Below are positions 10,388 through 17,752 of a stretch of DNA of 64,000 nucleotides, one piece after another (position 1 is the first letter of the stretch; the number at the start of each line of letters is the position of its first letter). Source of the stretch: an uncultured delta proteobacterium (lineage in GTDB: Bacteria > Desulfobacterota > Binatia > DP-6); the NCBI GenBank assembly GCA_963815115.1, contig CAWFFN010000009.1, forward strand, positions 512,001 to 576,000, read 5' to 3'. The notes below the pieces were generated by a model. The model saw nothing but the letters and a program-made list of their open reading frames with translations. It was not told the origin of the DNA and made no database searches. Position numbers and translations under genes: made by a program.

Positions 10388-12048
10388 CTCGGAGTTCCTC
10401 CTCGTGCCGTGTGTTCGACCTTGGTCAGGGCCTGGTCCTCGGGCAGGCGACCGGCGAGAGCGCTGCGGACGTTGTCGCGGGTGATGGAGCGACAGCGCTC
10501 GACGAAGTACGCCGTCGTGGCGGCGGTGAGGTCGTCGAGGGTGAGCGGACCGGGCTCCTCGCGGCCGGCGCGGAGATCGCGCTGCGCGAGCCGAGCGAGA
10601 AGCGGCCGCACGACGCCGTCCGCGATCGCGGCCGCCGTTGCGAGGTCGCGCGCTCCGAACGACAGCATGCGGCCGTCGGCGAGCTGCACGCGAAGCAGCT
10701 CGGCGAGCGTGCCGTTGGGCGCGAACACGAGGTCGCTCACGGCTGCCCCGAACTCGCGTGACAGGCGATCGTGAGCCGGCTTCCGGGCGTCCTCCGGGGA
10801 CGCGAGCGGGATCCGGGTGAGGCACTTCGCCACCAGCGTCGCCACCTGCGCCGCGTCCAGGGTGTGCGGCAGCTGCACGATCGGCAGGCGGCCGTCGCGC
10901 GTGAGCGCCGTGTCGAGGTAGCGGTCGGCGAGGTTGGAGATGCCGATCAGGCGGCCCTGTGAACGCGTGAGCAGCGCGAGCAGCGTGTCGAGGACGTCGA
11001 GGTAGCCGCCGTGCAGCATGAAGCCCTGGCTGCGATCGAGGGCGATGGCCTCGAGCTCGTCGATGACGAGGAGGGGCCTCACCCCGGACTCCTCCCAGGC
11101 GCGGTCGAGGGTCATGAAGTCGGCGCGGAGCCGGGCCGCGCCCTCGCCCACCCACTTGGAGAGAAACGACGAAGCGGTCCGCACCAGCGCCGTACCACCG
11201 CGAGCCCGGATGCGATCGACGAAGTAGTCGGCGAGCAGGCTCTTGCCACAGCCCGGCGGCCCGCACAGGACGGCGCCGGCAGCAGCGCGCTCGGCCTCGC
11301 CCAGCAGCGCCGCGTACGCCGGCGATGGCGGGGTCAGGAACAGTCGCTCGAGGCGCTCGATGACGTCGTCGAGGCCGACGATGTCCTCGCGCCGGACCGG
11401 ACGAGGCACGCCCATCTCCGGTGCCGCGGGCCGCTGCGCCGGTCCGAGCCGCCGCGTGACCAGCACCACGTTGCCAAGCGCAAGCCCGCCGTAGCCGAGG
11501 ACGCGGTCCTCGAAGGCGAGCGTGTCCAGATCGACGCTGTCGGCGACGACGCCGAGCAGGCGCGCCTCCTCCTGGCCGGCTTCGCGGAGCGGACGCACCA
11601 GCACGTGGCGGCCGTCGAGACGCTCGCACACGGCATAGGCGGAGCCCCCGATCAGGTACTCCCCCGCCCCGACGACCGTCTGGGCCCCGGCATCGGTGTA
11701 GACGATCTGGCCGATCCCGAGCGTCATGTCGGCGGGCCGCACCAGGACGCGCTCGGTGGGGCCGATCTGCAGGCACACCCGGCCGTTCTGCACCGCCGTC
11801 ACGATGCCACGCAGCTGCGCGCCTCCCCCGAGCATGCGCTCGAGCTGCTCGCGCGTGCCGCTGAGCTCTCGTCGAGCCGCCGCCGTGCGCGTCGCGGCAC
11901 GCAGGAGGCCGTCCGCAGCGGGGCCGAACGCGTCGAAGGCGATGCGGCGCGCCTCGGCCTGGCGCTCCGGCGGAACGTCGGGATCACACAGGACGTCGAG
12001 CAATCCGTCGATGTCGGACGGCGACTCCGTCTTGGCGCGTGACCTCAT
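10384..12048 (-). CDS. AAA+ ATPase, divergent ARC/Mpa (proteasome-associated ATPase) type
   Basis: Coiled coil (RRELSGTREQLERML) and two OB-like segments, then Walker A GPPGCGKS, pore loop FLSKWVGE, Walker B LLVIDELE, GISN and LDTALTRDGRL. Also an ARC-like insert LLRVQLADGRMLSFGARDL. Confidence 0.8.
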   Translation of the reverse strand: MRSRAKTESPSDIDGLLDVLCDPDVPPERQAEARRIAFDAFGPAADGLLRAATRTAAARRELSGTREQLERMLGGGAQLRGIVTAVQNGRVCLQIGPTERVLVRPADMTLGIGQIVYTDAGAQTVVGAGEYLIGGSAYAVCERLDGRHVLVRPLREAGQEEARLLGVVADSVDLDTLAFEDRVLGYGGLALGNVVLVTRRLGPAQRPAAPEMGVPRPVRREDIVGLDDVIERLERLFLTPPSPAYAALLGEAERAAAGAVLCGPPGCGKSLLADYFVDRIRARGGTALVRTASSFLSKWVGEGAARLRADFMTLDRAWEESGVRPLLVIDELEAIALDRSQGFMLHGGYLDVLDTLLALLTRSQGRLIGISNLADRYLDTALTRDGRLPIVQLPHTLDAAQVATLVAKCLTRIPLASPEDARKPAHDRLSREFGAAVSDLVFAPNGTLAELLRVQLADGRMLSFGARDLATAAAIADGVVRPLLARLAQRDLRAGREEPGPLTLDDLTAATTAYFVERCRSITRDNVRSALAGRLPEDQALTKVEHTARGGTPR

Positions 12049-13049
12049 GTGTTGCTCCTCGGCTCTCGGTCGAGCACCCAGTAACCCGGTTCCTCCTCGA
12101 CGGTGCCGTCGGGCGTGTATCCGTAGAGCCTGACGACGCGACCGTCGGGGTAGAGGGACACGATCACGCTCGCGGCGAACGGGTCCGTGAAGGTCGTGAG
12201 ATGCGTCACGACGTCGGCGATCGAGATGATCGGCGTCTCGCCGGCCTGGTGGAGGTGCGTGTGCACCGAGCACGTGACGCTCGGCACGTCGGGGGGAGGC
12301 GCGGCCAGGAATTCGGCCCATGATCCCGCGGGAGAGACCACGGTCGAGTCGGTCGCCTCGCCGGCCCGTATCGGGACGAGCCGGTGGAGAATGCGCACGA
12401 ACGTCCGCCGCATGCGATCGAAGCCCACGCGCGCGTGCATCCTGCCGGAGGTCTCGACCCCGCGCGCCCGGCTGGCACGCTCGAGCTCGCCGAAGGCCTC
12501 CACGACGTCGGCGGACAGGAAGGTCGCCATCCACTCCCGGGATGGATTGCCCTCGGCCGTGGCACCGGCCGCGAGCGCGTCGACCGACATCGCCGGGAGC
12601 GCGGGGATGGAGACCCGCAGCGGTGGATCGGCGCACTCGGCAGCATGCAGTGAATAGGCGATCCGGGCGGTCGCTGCGCCGGTGCCGCGTGACGCACCCG
12701 TGACGTGCAACGCGCGCGCGCTCACGAAGGGTGCGAAGACGTCGCGTGGAAACTCGCCGCGGGACACCACCCGCCCGCGATCGTCGCGCAGCTCGACGAT
12801 GCAGGAGTCGAGGCAGAGGGTGCTCCCGTGTCGATCACGGAGCCGGCCGGGGCGGAACCACGCATGAGCCGATTCCGGGATCCCGAGCAGACCGTCGCGC
12901 ACGCCCACGAGCGCGGCCGTGCGCACGAGCCACTCGCAGTGGGGAAGCTCGAGCACGACCACGTCGGCCGAGCTGCCCACCACGAGCGGGAGCGACATGG
13001 CAATGCCGTCCGGCGCGGCGCCGGCGAGCGGCATCGGATGCGCGCTCAT
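12045..13049 (-). CDS. JAB/JAMM-domain protein with N-terminal extension
   Basis: GVETSG Glu and CSVHTHL......ISIADV.TH (HxH-S-D JAMM motif). Start is 13049 or 13070. Confidence 0.75.
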   Translation of the reverse strand: MSAHPMPLAGAAPDGIAMSLPLVVGSSADVVVLELPHCEWLVRTAALVGVRDGLLGIPESAHAWFRPGRLRDRHGSTLCLDSCIVELRDDRGRVVSRGEFPRDVFAPFVSARALHVTGASRGTGAATARIAYSLHAAECADPPLRVSIPALPAMSVDALAAGATAEGNPSREWMATFLSADVVEAFGELERASRARGVETSGRMHARVGFDRMRRTFVRILHRLVPIRAGEATDSTVVSPAGSWAEFLAAPPPDVPSVTCSVHTHLHQAGETPIISIADVVTHLTTFTDPFAASVIVSLYPDGRVVRLYGYTPDGTVEEEPGYWVLDREPRSNT

Positions 13050-13050
13050 C

Positions 13051-13320
13051 TCAAAGGAGCGCGTTGGCATACTCCGGGCCGATGACGACCCGTCCGCCGG
13101 GACGGACGGCGGTGCCGACCTTCGCCATCCTGGGCAGCTCGTGGCCCTCGTGGAGCGCCGCGTAGCGCAGCGGCTTGTTCGACGCCACGTCGCGGGTGGG
13201 GAGCCGGAGCTTCGGGACCGCGGCGTCGGTCAGGCGCTCGACTGACCAGTCCTCCGGCACCGTGTCGTCGAACGACACGGCCTCGTCGTGACGTGTGAGA
13301 TGAATTGCGATTGCCTGCAT
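13051..13320 (-). CDS. Ubiquitin-like (YukD/EsaB-like beta-grasp) protein, 89 aa
   Basis: Pattern VPEDWSVERL....V.KLRLP..D....LRY.....G.EL....KVG.AV..G.RVVIGP. GGAGG RBS; lies between the E2 and JAB genes. Confidence 0.72.
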   Translation of the reverse strand: MQAIAIHLTRHDEAVSFDDTVPEDWSVERLTDAAVPKLRLPTRDVASNKPLRYAALHEGHELPRMAKVGTAVRPGGRVVIGPEYANALL

Positions 13321-13324
13321 GGTT

Positions 13325-13702
13325 TCACCCTCCCTGTTCGGTGTCGGTCACTGCGTCGCCGCCGGCGACGCGAAGATCCATCAGCTCGAGATAGCTGCGT
13401 GCGACGTCCTCGTCGCCGAGCGCGCGCAATCCGCGGGCGAGCTCGTGCACCTCGGCGGCCAGTGCGTCGCGCCCGTCGGGGGCGCACCGCTCGACGAGCG
13501 CGCCCGGGCCGTCGTGCCAGCCACCGGCGCAGCGCCGGAGATCCGCCGAGGCGGCGCAAAGGAATGCCCTCCTCGCGCGATCGACGACGAGGCCGCCCGG
13601 TCGTCCGAGCCTCAGGAAGAGGGGCGCCGTGATGGACGGAAGCGTCGTCGCCAGCACGCCGGCCGTGACGTCGACGATGGGAAGCGGGATCGAAGCGGTC
13701 AT
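13325..13702 (-). CDS. Hypothetical protein (125 aa) within the Ub-like operon
   Basis: ATGA overlap with the E2 stop; ends 4 bp before the Ubl start. Confidence 0.6.
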   Translation of the reverse strand: MTASIPLPIVDVTAGVLATTLPSITAPLFLRLGRPGGLVVDRARRAFLCAASADLRRCAGGWHDGPGALVERCAPDGRDALAAEVHELARGLRALGDEDVARSYLELMDLRVAGGDAVTDTEQGG

Positions 13703-14211
13703 CGTGGGTCCGCGGGGTAGAGGGGGCGGTGATCGGCGGGTCCGTCCGGCAGGTGGCTGCGGACGTAGTCGGCGGCGACCGGGTCGACGCAGTGATCGAG
13801 GCGCCGGTTGCGGATCCGGAGGTTGTCGTAGAGCAGCTCGGCGAGCCGGTGCGGACGAACGCCCCGAACGTCGAGGCACAGGCGCTTCTCGCCGTAGTTC
13901 GGCGCGACGAAGTCGAACGGGGTCAGCACGATCGGCACGAGCGCCGCCTCGCGGTCGAACGGCCAGAGCGGCGGACATACCACCACGACCTGGAAGTCGC
14001 GCGTGGCGATGGTCGGGCCGCCATCGGTTGCGACCAGGGTCCGCACGTCACGGTAGTGCAGCAGGACGCCGTCGGCCATGCCCTGGACCTCGAGACGCCC
14101 CTGGGTTCGCCGCGCGTCGTCGTACAGGACGAGGAGCATGTTGGTGAGCGCGCGGCGGCGGATCGCGAGGCGCCCTGCCTCGAGCCTCTCGGTCTCCGGC
14201 CCGAACGTCAT
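13699..14211 (-). CDS. Ubiquitin-conjugating E2 (UBC-fold) protein
   Basis: CPPLWPF..P...FVAPN......CL (HPN-like motif plus catalytic Cys) and C-terminal A..YV....P.D.RPL. GGAGG RBS and ATGA overlap. Confidence 0.75.
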   Translation of the reverse strand: MTFGPETERLEAGRLAIRRRALTNMLLVLYDDARRTQGRLEVQGMADGVLLHYRDVRTLVATDGGPTIATRDFQVVVVCPPLWPFDREAALVPIVLTPFDFVAPNYGEKRLCLDVRGVRPHRLAELLYDNLRIRNRRLDHCVDPVAADYVRSHLPDGPADHRPLYPADPR

Positions 14212-15308
14212 GGGACCTCCGACCATCTGAAGCGCGCGCGCAGCCGCACGACGCCCTTTCGGCCGACGGCGAGGATCTCCTCGCCGGGCCCGCTCCCGAA
14301 CTGTCGCAGCGTGATCGCTGCGACCTCCGGAGCGAGAAGCTCACGAGCCCCGACCTGGGAGCGCGTCGCCAGCGGTCGGCGGGGCTCCGAACAGGAGCAG
14401 CCACGCTCGATGGCTGCGGCCGGCAGCAGCCGGAGGGGCGCGGGCGACACGAGGCGGCAGCGCAGGCATTCCATGCCGAGCATGGGGATGCTCCGCCGTC
14501 CGAGCAGCACGGTCGCATCGTCGCCGGCCTCGGCGATGAGCCGCTCGACGATCGCGCCGACGGTCAGGTCGTCGATCCCGCCGTCGAGTTCGATCACGCG
14601 CGACTCGTCGGGGTGATGTGCGACGGGACAGCCGGGTACCGGGTGCGGTGGCATGCGGATCACGTACTCCGGTCCAGCGGAATCACGCTGGTGACGGCCG
14701 CCGGCCACGGATCGGTCGCCCTCGAGCCAGCGCAGGAGCAGCCGCACGCCGGCGTCGGCTGCTGCCGCGGCGGCTTCGGCCGATGCACGCGGCGCCGTCG
14801 TCTCGTCGCAGCTCGTCGCCGACGCCAGGCGATCCGCGTGCCGCTCCGTCTCCCCCCACAGGCACACGGGGCACGAGGCGTTCCGGCCCGTCGCGAAACA
14901 CCGCACCTGGTATCCGCCGCGAGTCGACTGGTTCCCGCAGGTGAGAACCAGGAGCAGCGGCCCGGTCACGGCGCCGCCCCAGATTGCCTCGACGACGTCG
15001 CGGATCGCGGTGGGATTGTCGAGCGCCAGGACGACGGCGTCGAGCGCGCGCACCAGCCCGGGCCGCACCGTGAAGCGTACGTCGCCGTGGAGAGCACGAG
15101 CGATCGCCCCCCGCGCACGCCGCCGATCCGCGGTGACGACGGCCTTCGGCCGGAAGCAGTCGGCGGCGTCGAAGAGCGACGTGGACAGGTTCTCGGGCAG
15201 GACCTGCTGAGCATCGGCGACGGTGACGGCGATGGACGCCGGCAGCAGCCCGGCGACGCGCGAGCCGATGGCGCCGGCGCCGAAGAGGCCCACCTCCGCG
15301 CCGCTCAC
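14208..15308 (-). CDS. E1/ThiF-family activating enzyme with Zn sites and C-terminal Zn-ribbon extension
   Basis: Motifs LFGAGAIG, D...V.PENL, PKA, ALDN, CPVC, TSC (putative catalytic Cys), GCPVAH and CLRC...CSC. GTGA overlap. Confidence 0.82.
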   Translation of the reverse strand: MSGAEVGLFGAGAIGSRVAGLLPASIAVTVADAQQVLPENLSTSLFDAADCFRPKAVVTADRRRARGAIARALHGDVRFTVRPGLVRALDAVVLALDNPTAIRDVVEAIWGGAVTGPLLLVLTCGNQSTRGGYQVRCFATGRNASCPVCLWGETERHADRLASATSCDETTAPRASAEAAAAAADAGVRLLLRWLEGDRSVAGGRHQRDSAGPEYVIRMPPHPVPGCPVAHHPDESRVIELDGGIDDLTVGAIVERLIAEAGDDATVLLGRRSIPMLGMECLRCRLVSPAPLRLLPAAAIERGCSCSEPRRPLATRSQVGARELLAPEVAAITLRQFGSGPGEEILAVGRKGVVRLRARFRWSEVP

Positions 15309-15742
15309 GGTGACGCCTCCGGGGTCTCGTCCTGGACGGGCGCAGCGCATCCGGAGCAGGTGATGGCGAGCGTGGCGCAGTCCGTGTGGGCCGGCGCCTC
15401 GCACCGGCACGCCACGATCGGCTCCCCGGCCGCGATCGCGCCGAAGCACACCGCGCACTCGAGCCCGGCCGGCGCCGTCCGCCACTCGCGTGCGGACTGC
15501 CACCGCACCTCCACGCGCCACTCGCCGGCGCGCACCAGCGCCCCGGCACCACGGTCGACCACCCCGAGCCCTCCCAGCATCGGCCGACCATCGATCCGTG
15601 CGCCGGACGGCGGCGCCAGCACGACGGCATCGCCGCCTGTCATGCGGACGAAGCGCAGAACCGGGACCTGGCCGCTGCGACCGACCTCGACGATGTCTCG
15701 CAGGACGAGGGACGCAGCCGGCGTGACGATGACGTGCGGCAT
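15305..15742 (-). CDS. Degenerate FHA-like domain plus prokaryotic RING finger (putative E3)
   Basis: C-terminal CAVC-x12-CRC-x4-H-x2-C-x6-CSGC (C4HC3). N-terminal VGR...RIDGRP...G beta-rich region. GGAGG RBS. Confidence 0.72.
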   Translation of the reverse strand: MPHVIVTPAASLVLRDIVEVGRSGQVPVLRFVRMTGGDAVVLAPPSGARIDGRPMLGGLGVVDRGAGALVRAGEWRVEVRWQSAREWRTAPAGLECAVCFGAIAAGEPIVACRCEAPAHTDCATLAITCSGCAAPVQDETPEASP

Positions 15743-15852
15743 GCCCGACCTCCTAGCGCGCGACGATCACCGTCCGCGCACATTTCGCGGGAAGCGGTCG
15801 CGAGGGAGGCGAAAGCGGCCGGACCTGGGGCCAGCGGGATGCGGAAGAACGG

Positions 15853-16365
15853 CTAGGTGAGGAGCTCGACGAGCCTGCGGGCTCCGCGCCGGGAGCACAG
15901 CACCCAGTCGATCGTCGGCGCGGGCCCCGTGAGCTCGCCCGTGCGCATCCCGCACATCCGCTCGTCCACGTTCGGCACGAGCACGTTGGTGAGCGACACC
16001 AGGATGCCGCGCTGAGCCAGCGCGAACCCGCTCCCGAGGTGGTCCGAGAGCGCCTTCAGCGACGGGCTGTTGGCGCGGAGCGTGAGCCCCTTCACCTCGA
16101 GGAGCCCGAAGATGCGTGACCATGCGTAGTAGCGGTCGTCGCGCGGCGGGACCAGAGCGATCCACGCGGCCTGGACGTATCGGTGCAGCCATTTGCCGGA
16201 GCCCAGGATCGTCACGTCGCCCGTGACCGGCAGCAGCAGTCGCTTGCCCCGGAACGGGCCGGCGAGAGGTGCGGCGAGGATCGTGACGCGTGCCGGAACG
16301 AACCCCTCGCAAAACCTTGCGCCGCAGTGCTCCCAGCGGCCGGGACGGCTACAATCCGTTGACAT
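15853..16365 (-). CDS. Stand-alone LytTR-like DNA-binding protein
   Basis: SLKALSDHLGSGFALAQRGILVSLTNV resembles the LytTR SL..L...L...F.R.HRS.IVN pattern, and the C-terminal LCSRRGARRLVELL resembles VSR....L.E.L. Confidence 0.55.
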   Translation of the reverse strand: MSTDCSRPGRWEHCGARFCEGFVPARVTILAAPLAGPFRGKRLLLPVTGDVTILGSGKWLHRYVQAAWIALVPPRDDRYYAWSRIFGLLEVKGLTLRANSPSLKALSDHLGSGFALAQRGILVSLTNVLVPNVDERMCGMRTGELTGPAPTIDWVLCSRRGARRLVELLT

Positions 16366-16604
16366 GTGCGCGGCTCCTCGCCGGATCGACTCGGGCGCAG
16401 CGTCGCACGCGCGCGACGCCACGGCGGCTGACTCACCGGACGACGAGACGTGACGAGATCTACGTGCGATGGCTGCGATGACCGGGCGCCCTGCGGCGCC
16501 GCGGTTCCCCCCTGAGCGCGGAGGACAGCACATATTCTTTCGCACGTCGAGGTTTTTCCACGTGCACGATCACCAGACACGACGCGTCACGAGTCGACGC
16601 CACA

Positions 16605-16666
16605 TCGAATCGGCGTGCACGCCAGAACGATCGGCGTGGACGCCGATTCGAACTGGCGTGCACCCG
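16605..16666. promoter_or_regulatory. Three phased copies of palindrome GGCGTGCACGCC; copies 1 and 2 also form a 19-bp hairpin
   Basis: Copies at 16612, 16633 and 16655 (periods of 21 and 22 bp). 16605-16623 is complementary to 16633-16651 with 1 mismatch. Confidence 0.6.
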
Positions 16667-16670
16667 AGCG

Positions 16671-17675
16671 CTACTCGCCGACGAGCGCCCAGCTCACCGG
16701 CACACGATCGTCGAAGCCGGGATCATCGGAGCCAGACTCCGTCAACGGACGCGAGTAGATTGCCGTGAATGCTCGCATCATGCCGCGCTTGCGCTTCTCT
16801 GGGTAGAGCGCGCTCGCGGACGAGTCATCGCACGCGAGCATCGTGCCCGCGAGCGTCCCGCAACCGCTGTGGCCCATGATCGCGATGATGATGCGGTCGT
16901 CGCCCTCGGATGGACGGCTGTCCGGATTGAAGCGGTAGGCGAAGATGAGCCCGCAGTCCTCGCCCACGTCGCCGCGGCCGACCACGGTGCGGCGCGCGAC
17001 GAGCCTCGCCGATCCCTCCCGCAGTATACCGAGCTCGGCCGTTGCGGCTGCCTCGTCGCTGAACGACGACGCGTGCTTTCGATCCGAGCGGAAACGATAC
17101 GGAAATCCGTCGCGCCGGCTGCGACTCCGCGGCGGCACGCCGAATCCCCGGCAGACCGCGTCCTCGGCGATGGGATTCACGATGGGCGATCCGAGGATGA
17201 GATGGCAGCCGTCGGCGTAGAGCTTCTCGACCCGTGCGGGGTCGTGCAGGGCGTCCATGTGCTCCTGGAAGGTGAACACCACGCCCCGGCCGGGGGGACG
17301 ATTCAGGTACTCGTAGACGTGGAACAGCGCTCGCACGTCCCAGGTGCCGATGCCCTGGCGATCGAGGGGGATCCCGACCGGCTTCCCCTTCACGGACTCG
17401 AGCGACGTCGACCCCACGTGCACGGTCAGCTTCCCGCTGCGGCGGATCGGGTACCAGATGTCGGCAGGGACCGCCTGCAGGAGCTCGTGCAGCTCGATCC
17501 TGAGTGCGGCGCAGAGCTTTCCGAGCGTTTCCGGTTTCACGGCGCCCCAGGTGCCATCGCACAACGCGCTGATCCGCTCGGTGTCGACCGTGCTGAGTTC
17601 GGAGAGCTCCTTCTGCGTCAGCCGGCGCGCGCGCATGATTTCGTCGAGCCGACACACGATGCGCTTCGGTACCAT
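16671..17675 (-). CDS. Cro/C1-type HTH (YozG/HTH_26-like) regulator with C-terminal alpha/beta domain
   Basis: RLDEIMRARRLTQKELSE.....ISAL........TLGKLCAALRI...ELL. C-terminal ILGSPIVNP...DCGLI..RFNP...IIAIMGHSGCGT. Confidence 0.8.
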   Translation of the reverse strand: MVPKRIVCRLDEIMRARRLTQKELSELSTVDTERISALCDGTWGAVKPETLGKLCAALRIELHELLQAVPADIWYPIRRSGKLTVHVGSTSLESVKGKPVGIPLDRQGIGTWDVRALFHVYEYLNRPPGRGVVFTFQEHMDALHDPARVEKLYADGCHLILGSPIVNPIAEDAVCRGFGVPPRSRSRRDGFPYRFRSDRKHASSFSDEAAATAELGILREGSARLVARRTVVGRGDVGEDCGLIFAYRFNPDSRPSEGDDRIIIAIMGHSGCGTLAGTMLACDDSSASALYPEKRKRGMMRAFTAIYSRPLTESGSDDPGFDDRVPVSWALVGE

Positions 17676-17752
17676 CGATCCCCCCGGCGCTCGTCCACTG
17701 CCCCAAGTGGCCGCGCGGACGCAAGCGGGCGCGTCGTGTCGGCGCGAGACGA

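Noticed and set aside
7811-15308. ThiF genes as thiamine or molybdopterin biosynthesis (thiF/moeB)
   Set aside because: No thiS/thiG/moaD/moaE or cysteine synthase genes are nearby; the neighbours are E2, RING and JAB genes.
7811-15742. CBASS or Pycsar locus
   Set aside because: No CD-NTase/cyclase or cognate effector lies in the operon; the TIR and cyclase genes are more than 12 kb away, beyond housekeeping genes.
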